Source of the DNA: Thermoproteota archaeon
Lineage (GTDB): Archaea > Asgardarchaeota > Jordiarchaeia > Jordiarchaeales > Freyrarchaeaceae
NCBI GenBank assembly: GCA_029258835.1
Contig: JAPDJY010000061.1
Coordinates: 1 to 27,136, forward strand
Length of the DNA stretch: 27,136 nt
Direction of reading: 5' to 3'
The notes below the pieces were generated by a model that was given only the letters and a program-made list of their open reading frames with translations, had not been told where the DNA came from and searched no databases. Positions within the stretch are counted from its first letter, which is position 1; every line of letters begins with the position of its first letter. Both the position numbers and the translations under genes were made by a program. Below are positions 17,544 to 26,700 of this stretch, one piece after another.

Positions 17544-18665
17544 TTAGCTGCTGGAGGCGGCTAGCTGAGCGCATCTTAAGCCGTTTTTCCTAGCTTCACT
17601 GAGGCATTGGTTGCATGAGATGCACGTCGACTTGGTGGAGGAGCCGTCCTTCCACTTGTTCGGCAGGTTTGGCTCCCTTATCAGGGGCCGGGACATTGAA
17701 ATGAAGTCGGCGTGCCCCTTTCCCAGTATTTCCTCGGCTACTTTTTTGGATCTGATTCCGCCAACCAGTATTAGAGGCGTACCCCCTATCGCCCTTTTAA
17801 CCTCTACTGCTTGGGGGAGAAAGTATGCTTCGTCCTCCTCCCTCGTTATGTTGAACCTTGTGGGTATGAGGTTCCCGTAAAGTGCAGACTCATATATTCC
17901 CCCTGAGACCTCTATCGCGTCGGCGCCAGCCTCAACGACCATCTTGGCGATCTCGGCTGATTCAGGGGTCTTTAACCGGTTCTCGTCGGCCACGCAGTCG
18001 TCCACTTGAAGCTTCACAAGCACCGGCCATTCTCCGCCGCACTCGGCCTTGACGCCATGCACTATTTCCAGCAGGATCCTCGCCCTGTTCTCCGTGCTCC
18101 CCCCATACTCGTCGTTTCTCCTGTTCGAGTAAGGGGAGATGAACTCGGATAGCAGGTATCCGTGGGCGGCGTGGATCTGCACCCCGTCGAAGCCGGCCTT
18201 CTTAACCCTCTTCGCAGCCTCAATAAACGACTCGATGACGGCTTTAACCTCGTCCAAGCTCATCTCCTTAGGGGTGGCATTCATGGTTTTGTCCGGGATA
18301 GGGGATGGTGCTATGAGAACCCCTCCAGTATACTTTGGGTTAGCCTGCCTTCCGCCGTGAGCTATCTGCATAACTATTTTAACTTCCGGGTCGGCCAAGT
18401 GAACCTCCTCAACGACCCTTCTGAGGGGTGGAACACACTCGTCGGAGTGTATTCCCGCTTGACCCTTCATGACGATCCCGTCCTCCCTAACGTAGGCGAA
18501 GCCTGTGATTATGAGGCCGGAGCCTCCTAGGGCAAGCTTCCTGTAAAGGTTGACGTAGCGTTCATCCACGATTCCATTCTCATCTGCAAACCCCTCGTAA
18601 GTAGCAGACCTGACAATCCTGTTCTTAACGGTCATTGAACCTATACTTCCAAGTTCAAAGAGCAA
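17544..18665 (-). CDS. NADH:flavin oxidoreductase (Old Yellow Enzyme family)
   Basis: KNRIVRSAT, QIAHGGRQ, AGFDGVQIHAAHGYLLSEFISP...NRRNDEYGGS, SRPLIREP, and C-terminal CISCNQC. Confidence 0.93.
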   Translation of the reverse strand: MLFELGSIGSMTVKNRIVRSATYEGFADENGIVDERYVNLYRKLALGGSGLIITGFAYVREDGIVMKGQAGIHSDECVPPLRRVVEEVHLADPEVKIVMQIAHGGRQANPKYTGGVLIAPSPIPDKTMNATPKEMSLDEVKAVIESFIEAAKRVKKAGFDGVQIHAAHGYLLSEFISPYSNRRNDEYGGSTENRARILLEIVHGVKAECGGEWPVLVKLQVDDCVADENRLKTPESAEIAKMVVEAGADAIEVSGGIYESALYGNLIPTRFNITREEDEAYFLPQAVEVKRAIGGTPLILVGGIRSKKVAEEILGKGHADFISMSRPLIREPNLPNKWKDGSSTKSTCISCNQCLSEARKNGLRCAQLAASSS

Positions 18666-18969
18666 GGCTCACTCCCCGGGAAGGCTACAGGAAATAATTA
18701 AAGGAAGGTCTTTTTAAGCGTTGCCAAGACGAACGAGGATGCGGCGGTGGAGCAGTACGTTTAAGCCGCACTGTGAGGAAGAAGGTGGAATGCGCCTTGA
18801 AGCAAGGGACTGGAGGAGGGTGCCTGTGCCATGATGCTTCAACGGTACCTGTCAACCTATGCTTATTTGTGATCGTTGCGGGAACGTTTTTTATGCAACT
18901 TTACTACTTTCCTACTTGGTGTAAGGATGAGGACGAGGATCCGAGGAAATGATTTTCCTCGCTTAGGAG

Positions 18970-19384
18970 GTGGCGGAGGGATTGGAGGCTAGAAGAGTCT
19001 GCCTGGGCTTCGACGTGCTCATAGACTATCCTAGAGGGCGGCGTGAAGCAGTCGACCACATACGTAGGCTGGAGGAGGCTGCAGTCTTGTCGACCATCTC
19101 GATAAACGCCTTTAAAGTTTATTATGGAGCCTGCAAGAGTGGGAGGGAAAAGAATGTTAGAACGCTAGGGGGCTACGGGGAAGCTTGTGATCCATGTTCA
19201 ACGATGAGGCAGCGGAGGCAGCTGGGAGAACCCTCCAGTTTAGAGTTGAAAGAGGAGGTTGTGTAGTTTAGGGACTTACTTAATATAGGGGCAATTGCAT
19301 GGTTAACAGGTACGCCATACTTACAAGAAACGCCAAGAACTTCAAGAGGATCCCGACCTTACCGTTATAGAGGTGAAACATTGA
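18970..19384 (+). pseudogene. Degraded PIN/VapC toxin gene
   Basis: VCLGFDVLIDY (cf. LDTDVLID) and STISINAFKVYYGA, then across several frameshifts and stops FRDLLNIGAIA, YAILTRNAKNFKRI and DLTVIEVKH*. Confidence 0.8.
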
Positions 19385-19528
19385 GGGGGGAGCATGACGC
19401 TGGACCCCGTTGGGGGAGCAGGAGGAAAAACGTTGAGGGGCCTCCGGTTGGGTCGCTGAGAGAGCTTCCTTCCGTTTCGAAAGTAATATTTTCGTGTTAT
19501 GGTTCTTTTAAGGTGAGAGGGGGAGCAG

Positions 19529-21229
19529 TTGTCGTCTGAGGTTCTGCGTAGGAAAGTGTTGGACGTGATTAACACCGTTGAAAGCCACGGGCTATTCGTA
19601 CACGACAGTAGACTTACTGTTAGGTGCAGGGTTGACGGGAGGGTTGAGACCTGGGAGATGCCCTTAGTTGTCACCCTAGCGGTCCTTAACGCCTTGGTTC
19701 CCAGGGGGGCCATGCTCCTCTACGGGGGGCATGGTGGGGGTAAGACCACTCTCGCGAAGGTCTTAGGGCGTATGATGACTGGGGCGTACCTTTCCGAGGT
19801 GGAGGAGGCAATTGTGCGGGGGCACCCTCAACTCACCGAGGAGAAGATGATTGCCACCCTTAAGCCTGGCAGGCTATTAAGGGATGGGGTTGAGGAGGTT
19901 GTCTGGCGAAGGTTCGTCACGAGCTTCTGGAAGATAGTGGACGAGGTCAACCGTCTCACACCTTACACCCAGAACATCCTCCTTTCGCTGCTCGCCGAGG
20001 GACGCGTCAAGTTTTACGATGCCGTTTACGAGTGTGACTACTTCGTCCTCTACGCCACCCTGAACCCTCAGGACCCGGGAACCTTCGAGATAGGGCTGCC
20101 ATTCCTCGACAGGTTTGGCCTGGCAGCACCCATAACCATGCCCACCATAACAGAGATACCCTTCATCCTTGGAGGACGGGATGAGAGGCTGTACGGATAC
20201 GACCAGTACTACCAGGTTCCCCAGATACTCAGCGTAGAGGAGCTCCTGTCCATTTGGAGGCTGGTGGACGAGGTTGCTGTCGACGACGAAGCTAAGCTTT
20301 TCATAGGGAACGTTATCTCGGAGTTCTCGGCGTGCGACAGGGTGGATAAGGAGAATGCCAGCGTCCTTAGACCTGACACCGGGCTCTGCGACGGATGCCA
20401 CTTTAACACTCCAAAGTCCGTCTGCAATAAGGTTGTTACCCCCCTCAGCGTCAGGGCCGCCAAGGACATGGTGAGGTACTCGAAGGCTTTAGCTTGGCTG
20501 CTTGGACTGGAAAGGGTGACTGTGGAGGTGGTGGACGCCATCGCACCGTTCACCGTATGGCACAGGGTTCGCTACCCCGAATCTATGCTTAGGGAGGCCC
20601 CATACTACGGGGACCCGCTGAAGTTCACGGTGGATTTGATGAGGCTGGTGAGGGAAAGGTACGCGGCGAGGAGGAAAGCCTTGGAGATCTACGAGAAGCT
20701 TAAGGTTGGAGAGGGGGACAGCAAGAACCTTAAAGTGCTGGAGGACTGGGGGAGAAGCGACGTGGTGGTTAAAAGGGAGCTGGCTCCCAAGGCGAAGCTG
20801 TTTGCCAGCGAGCGCTACCGCAAAATAGTTAAGATGCTCGGTAAGGCTGTAAGGTCGAAAAAGGCTGAGATGCTGGAGAAGGTTAGGGATGCCGTGTCTT
20901 CTGAGAGCAGGATTCCAAACAGGTTTGAACTGTTGAGGATGATAGACGAGGCGTTCTACGAGTACACCAGGAGGAGCTACAGGGTGACGTACTTCGACTG
21001 GGTTAACATGGTGTACCCTAAGATAGCCGCAAGGTTTCCAAGCCTTCAAGACCCCCTCAGGGAAACCTTTGACCCGCCGAAGTCAAGGTTCGTTAAAACA
21101 CGAGAGGTAGCCATAGCAGTCCACACGACAGGAAAGAGGGACGACGACCCGGTCTTCATAGAGGTGGCGGGAGGGCGTGCATCGGAGATAGCCGAGGTAG
21201 TCGAGGAGGCTAAGGCGAGGGAGGTGTGA
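19529..21229 (+). CDS. MoxR-family AAA+ ATPase with a Cys-rich insertion and long C-terminal extension
   Basis: Walker A GGHGGGKTT, Walker B KIVDEVNR, QNILLSLLAEG, sensor I ATLNPQD, FLDRF, PLSVRA. Insertion C...CDGCH...C. Confidence 0.9.
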   Translation: MSSEVLRRKVLDVINTVESHGLFVHDSRLTVRCRVDGRVETWEMPLVVTLAVLNALVPRGAMLLYGGHGGGKTTLAKVLGRMMTGAYLSEVEEAIVRGHPQLTEEKMIATLKPGRLLRDGVEEVVWRRFVTSFWKIVDEVNRLTPYTQNILLSLLAEGRVKFYDAVYECDYFVLYATLNPQDPGTFEIGLPFLDRFGLAAPITMPTITEIPFILGGRDERLYGYDQYYQVPQILSVEELLSIWRLVDEVAVDDEAKLFIGNVISEFSACDRVDKENASVLRPDTGLCDGCHFNTPKSVCNKVVTPLSVRAAKDMVRYSKALAWLLGLERVTVEVVDAIAPFTVWHRVRYPESMLREAPYYGDPLKFTVDLMRLVRERYAARRKALEIYEKLKVGEGDSKNLKVLEDWGRSDVVVKRELAPKAKLFASERYRKIVKMLGKAVRSKKAEMLEKVRDAVSSESRIPNRFELLRMIDEAFYEYTRRSYRVTYFDWVNMVYPKIAARFPSLQDPLRETFDPPKSRFVKTREVAIAVHTTGKRDDDPVFIEVAGGRASEIAEVVEEAKAREV

Positions 21230-22938
21230 ACGTGAGGAAGGGCGTAAAGCAGACGGCGTTCGAGGGCGACGTGAAGAGGGCCGTCGCCGGTGCCGCCAGG
21301 AGGGGGGTAATGCTGGCGTTCGAGGATTTCTACTATCCTCCGATTCCAGAGGCGAAGGTTAAGGTTGGCTCAAGGTGGACAAGGTTCTACATAACGGAGG
21401 GGGAGTGGAGGGTTCACTTGGAGGTTAGCGTCGAAGACGTACCATTCCTAGACTACGATGACTTAACCAGGTTTTTCCGCTCCGTCTGCAGGCACGAGGT
21501 CGCCCACTACACCGTCTGCCCCTACGACGTTGCCACGTCAACACTCCTCGTCAGCAGGGCTGCACGCGCAGTTGAACCTAGACATGCACCGTTTGTAGTC
21601 AACTTCTTCACCGACCTAATAGTCGACACGTACCTCTTCGAAAGATACCCGGAGGAAGCGTTATGGACGGAGAGGGTCATCGTAGATCACGTCCACAGGA
21701 AGTTTGGAGGGGGAAGCAAGGTTTGGAAGTTGTTCGTGAGATCATACGAGAAGATTTGGGGTAAACGTATCCTGACAGGTGTGAAGGTGGAGGTTCCCAG
21801 GGACGTGGAGGAGGCAGCTACAAGGATAAGCCGGGTTCTCAAGAGAGGGGGAGTGATGGACGAGAAGGCTTGGCCGGGGAAGGTTGAGAAGCTAGCCAAG
21901 ATCTTGAAGCCTTTCCTAGAGGAAGAGATGGGGGGAAACCCCCCTAAGGGTGTCAGGGGAACGCTCGTTAAAGCCCCGGACGGAGGGAGGGTTTTCCTCC
22001 CGGACGACGTGGCACACACCATGAGGGGAAACCCCGTGGATGCCCCTATGAGAGTTAGGGGTAGGAGGATGGAGGAGGGGGAGAAGGCTGCTAGAAGGTT
22101 TGCTGAGGAAGGGGGGCGCTTGGAAGAGTTCTTGGAGGCATCCAGGATCGCCGGCCTTTCCTCAAGCAGGAGGAAGGCGTTAAGGGCGTGGTACAGGGGT
22201 AAGGCAAACCTTAAAGTTGACGTCAGGGTCAGGTCTCGGAGGAGGGGAGGGCTTCCCGTTTACCCTGACGTTTGGAGGCTTGAGGACCCTATAGACGAGC
22301 TTGACGTCCCCCTCTCCCTTCAGGCTTTCCCGAGGCTGATACCAAACGTCACGACGAAGAAGTGGGTTAGGTTTTCAGGGGAGGGAGGGGAGGGGGAGAG
22401 GAGCCCTCCAGACATGCTGATAGTGCTTGACAGTTCGGGAAGCATGGGGGGAGTGGCGGAGGGAACCCCCTTCGACCTGGCCTTGACGGCTGCCTTCGCG
22501 GCGCTTAAGTTTGCCGTGAGCAGGTGCTGTAAGGTCGCAGCCGTAAACTTCTCGGATAGGACTTTAACCTGCGAGTGGACGCGGAGCAGGGTTCAGGTTG
22601 AAGACGTACTGTTAAGGTATCAGGGTGGCGGAACAGTCCTCCCTGTAAATGAGATCTCTTCCATCGTCAGGAGGAACTCCTGTGAAGTCCTCGTTCTGGT
22701 CATAACGGATGCTGAAATAGCCAACTGGGGTGAAGCAGTTAAGGAGCTTGAAAAGCTGATCGTGGCGGGGCACCACGTAGCCATGTTCTTCATAGGGGGA
22801 GGCATGGGGGGAAGGAAGGAGGAGAGGTACAGGAGGTTCCTGTCGGCTGGGGGAAGAATTTATCCTATCCCAAACGTTAAGAACCTTCCAGAGATCGTCA
22901 TAGGAGAGGTTGGGAAACACTACCATCAGGGCTGGTGA
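21226..22938 (+). CDS. HEXXH metallopeptidase-like N-domain + C-terminal VWA (MIDAS) protein
   Basis: RHEVAHY followed by NFFTDLIVD. MIDAS residues VLDSSGSM, QGGGT and VITDAE. GTGA overlap with the MoxR stop. Confidence 0.88.
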   Translation: MNVRKGVKQTAFEGDVKRAVAGAARRGVMLAFEDFYYPPIPEAKVKVGSRWTRFYITEGEWRVHLEVSVEDVPFLDYDDLTRFFRSVCRHEVAHYTVCPYDVATSTLLVSRAARAVEPRHAPFVVNFFTDLIVDTYLFERYPEEALWTERVIVDHVHRKFGGGSKVWKLFVRSYEKIWGKRILTGVKVEVPRDVEEAATRISRVLKRGGVMDEKAWPGKVEKLAKILKPFLEEEMGGNPPKGVRGTLVKAPDGGRVFLPDDVAHTMRGNPVDAPMRVRGRRMEEGEKAARRFAEEGGRLEEFLEASRIAGLSSSRRKALRAWYRGKANLKVDVRVRSRRRGGLPVYPDVWRLEDPIDELDVPLSLQAFPRLIPNVTTKKWVRFSGEGGEGERSPPDMLIVLDSSGSMGGVAEGTPFDLALTAAFAALKFAVSRCCKVAAVNFSDRTLTCEWTRSRVQVEDVLLRYQGGGTVLPVNEISSIVRRNSCEVLVLVITDAEIANWGEAVKELEKLIVAGHHVAMFFIGGGMGGRKEERYRRFLSAGGRIYPIPNVKNLPEIVIGEVGKHYHQGW

Positions 22939-22952
22939 AAGGTGGGTGACTG

Positions 22953-23791
22953 TTGAGCGAAGGCTGGGACGTGAAGGTTTCCAAGGCGGCTTTAGCCTGC
23001 TGTAGGAGAAGCCTCGAAGCGCTGAAAGTGGTCCTTCAGGCGTGGCTTAGTGGAAGGGAGAAGCTGGAGGAGAGGGGGGTGAAGCCTTTAAGCAGGGTGG
23101 CCATTCTTTCCAGCGAGGGCATGATGGCTAGGGAGGCCGTTGAGCAGCTTCTAAGGGAGATGGGGGTGAAGTTCAGGGAGGAAGGCGGAGGAGGAGGCGA
23201 GCCGGTCGTCTTATCCACTCGTGCAGCAGATCTGGGTGAGGGATACTTCACAATCCTCTTCCTGAGAGGGGGTTGGGGGAGGAGCTTGAAGGGGAATGGT
23301 TGACTATCAGGGTTGGAAAGCCAGGCCTCGCCGAGAGGATCGACGCCATAAAAGTTCTCTCCTCAGGGTTTCTGGGGGGCTTCGACGTTAAAGCGGTCGC
23401 CGAGGCATGCGAGGGCTTCTCCACCCTCGACATAGTGAGGCTTGTCCAGCTGGCTGCCTCCAAGAGTGCGGCTGAGGGGAGAGAGGAGGTTGTAATGGAG
23501 GACTTCCTGGAGAGCATAAGCGTCCTCGGAGGAGAGGGGAGGAGGGGGTTGGAGAGGGCTCCGGACGACTTCTCCGAGCAGCTTTACCTTATGGGGGTAA
23601 GCGAGGGGGAGAAGGATTTCTCAGAGCTAATTCACCGCTTAAACTCCGGCGAGAGGCTTGACAGGAGGCTTGAAAGGCTTCTCGCAAGGTACTCCTTCAT
23701 CCTCCTTGACGAGCCCGAGGAAAGGATAGTTAAGCTTGCGAGGGCTAGGGCAACCCTTGAGAGGATAAGGGGCATGTTTGGAGGGAGATAG
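22953..23791 (+). CDS. Degenerate Cdc48/Vps4-type (classic clade) AAA protein, split by a -1 frameshift at G5 runs (23268-23279)
   Basis: The first ORF (WDV...LEALKVVL...KLEERGVKPLSRVAILSSEGMMAREAVEQLLREMGVKF) follows the WDDI...GIKPPKGVLLYGPPGTGKT...F pattern with a destroyed Walker A. The second ORF (IRVGKPGLAERIDAIK...VKAVAEACEGFSTLDIVRLVQLAA...VVMEDFLESI) is a classic AAA lid. One extra G joins them. Confidence 0.65.
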
Positions 23792-26700
23792 TTGAGGCTT
23801 CGAAAGATAACCATGAAGAACTTCTTAGCCTACGAGTACGAGGAGGTGGAGGTGGCTGAGGAGGGGTTAATGGTTTTCGTAGGGGAGAACGGTGTCGGGA
23901 AGACCAGCATCGCCAGCGCCTTAAGGTTTTGCTTGGGTTCTAACCAGAAGGACCAGAGGTATAGGACCTGGGGGGACTTCATACATAACAGGAGGGGGGC
24001 GAGGAGGGGATGGGTTGAACTGGTGTTTGAGGGGGACGGTGAGAGGGTCGCGTTGAGGAGGGAGGTTAGGAGGGGGCTGCCTCCAAGGTTTTACGTCGAC
24101 GGAAGACGCGCCACCGCAGAGGAGGTTAGAGGGATCGTTCAGGGCAGGATCGGGGTAGACCCGGATAACCCCCTGGTTTTCATCCCCCAGGACAAGATAG
24201 ACGCCGTCGTCACGGAGAGGAGGCCTGAAGTGCTAAGGGACTTCGTGGAGGAGCTTATAGGGCTGGCCGAGAGCAGGAGGATCATAGGTTTAAGGGAGGG
24301 TGAGGTTAGGGAGCTCGTCGCAGCCGAGGAGAGGCTTAAGGCAGACCTTAAAACCATCCAAGAGAGGAAAGCTGCTTTAACCCCCGAGCTGGAGAGACTG
24401 GAGAAGAAGAGGAGGGTGGAGGAAAGGCTCAGGGTGCTTGAGGGGGAGACCCTTTGGAGCATGGTGGAGGAGGCGGAGGCCAGGCTCAAGTCGCTCTTGA
24501 AGCGTGAAGCCGAGGCTTCCGCCAGCGTGGAGGACGCTTACAGGCGATTCAAGGAGGAGGCGGGGAGGGTTGAGAAGGTGAAGGGGAGGGTTGAGGAGGC
24601 AAAGAGGAGGATAGATAAGCTGGAGGGGGAGATGAGGAGGGTTGAGGAGGAGGTAGCCGAGCTAAAGCTGCAGCTGAAAAACGTTATGGGGGAGAGGAGG
24701 AGCGCCGTGGAAACCTTGGAGAAGGGGGAGAGGAGGCTCGAGGAGGTAAGGAGGAGAGTCGAGGATTTAAGGAAGAAGATGGGTGGGGTTAAGGGTGAAG
24801 AGGAAAGGCTTGAGGCGGAGGTTGAGGAGCTTACGGCGAGGAGCAGCGAGCTACTGGAGTTGATAAAGAAGTGCTCTCAGGGTAAGAGGGAGTTCAGGTG
24901 GTGGGAGGAGGAGTGGATAAAGACCCGGGAGGCGTTGGCGAGGGCTGAGGAGGCGTTAAGGGAGGTGGAGGGGGAGGAGAGGAGGGTGGGAGAGGGGCTG
25001 GAAAGGATCAGGGTGGAAATTGCTCTTTGCAGCGAGAGGATAGCCAGGCTGGCTGAGAAGCTTGAGGGATACAGGGAGGAGGAGCTGAAGGGGAGGAGGG
25101 AGGAGTTGGAGGTGGAGAGGAAGACGCTGATGGGTGAGGAGCTAGAGGTGGCAAGGGAGGTAGAAATGGTTGACGCCGCCATAAGGGAGCTTGAGGGGAA
25201 GGTTAGAGACGTTGGCGCCAGGATACCCGAGCAGGTTAGAAGGCTGGAGGAGGAGGTTAGGGCGAGGGGGATGACCGTTGACGGCCCCCTCCTCAAGGTG
25301 ATAGACGTCCCTGAAGAATACGCTGAAGCGGTTGAGGCGGTCTTCGGGAGAAACCTTCTGGCTTTCGTGGCGTTCAGCAAGCCAGACTTCCAGGTTCTCA
25401 AGGAGCTGAGAAGAAGGCATGACGCCTGGTGTACGATTTACATGCCTAGGCAGGGAGGGGAGGAGGAGAGGATGAGCATCGAGGGGGAGGGAGTTATCGG
25501 CTGGCTCGACGAGGTGGTGAGGTTCCCAAGCAGGGTAAAGAACGTCGTTAGGGACATAGGGGGGAGGGCTCTCCTAGTGAGGGATTACAGGACGGCGCTG
25601 ATGCTCAGCGAGAGACACCGCGACGTCAAGTTCGTAACCCTTAAGGGGGAGGTCATCGAGTCAAGAAGGAACGTTGTCCGAAGCCCCTACAGGAAGCCAC
25701 TAAACCTCCTAGGGGTGAAAAGGATCGAGGAGGAGCTAGCTGCCGCCAGGAGGAGGAAGGAGGAGCTGGAGGGGAGGCTGAGGGGGATTAGGGAGAGGCT
25801 GGGCGAGGTGGAGAGGGAGGTCAAGCGAGTGGACGAGAAGCTCAGGATCCTCCCTGAATGGAGGAGGATGCTGGAGGAGAAGGTGAGTCTCGAGGAGGAG
25901 GAGAGGAGGATGAGGGGGGAGGCTGACAGGCTGGCTGCGAGGGCTGGCGAGGCTAGGAGGGAAGTTGAGGAGTGGAGGGAGAAGCTTAAGGAGGTTGAGG
26001 CGAGGAAGCCGGAGAGCTACGCTAAGCTTGAGGAGGAGGAGAGGAGGGCCCAAGACGAGCTGGGGGAGGTTAACGCTAGGCTACGCGCTCTGGAGAGGAA
26101 GCTGAGGAGAGTGAGGGGGGAAAGGGAGGGCATAGCCGTGAGGCTTAGGGAGGCTGAGCTGGAGGAGGAGGCTTTAGCGAGGAACCTCGAAGTTTTAAGG
26201 GATGCCATTAGGGGAAGCGACGAGAAGGCTAGGGTGATAACGGAGAGGATCGAGGAGTTGAGTGAGGAGAGGAGGATGCTGGATGAGGAGAGGAGGAGGT
26301 TGAAGGAGGAAAGGGAGGGGCTGCTCAGGGAGCTTGGAAGGCTGGATGAGAAGGTTAGGAGGATGGAGAGAGAGCTCGGGGACAGGAGAGGGGAGCTTGC
26401 AAGGCTTAGAGAGGAGGCCGAGGTGGTTAGGAAGGAGGTGGAACGGTGGAGGGGGGAGGCGGTGAGCAGGGGGATTAAGAGGCCAGAGGTGATCCGTCCT
26501 CTCCCGGAGATCGAGAGGGAGAGAGCCTTCTTGGAGGAGGAGCTCTCCAAGCTGGCTGATGTCGGCGAGGACGTTCTGGAGGAGTTCAGCGAGTTGGAGA
26601 GGAGGATGGCTGAGGTATCCGCCAAGCTGGAGGAGGTGAGGGGGGAAGTTCAGGAGGTGGTCAGGGTTTTGGAGGAGAAGAAAAGGGAGCACCTTGCCAT

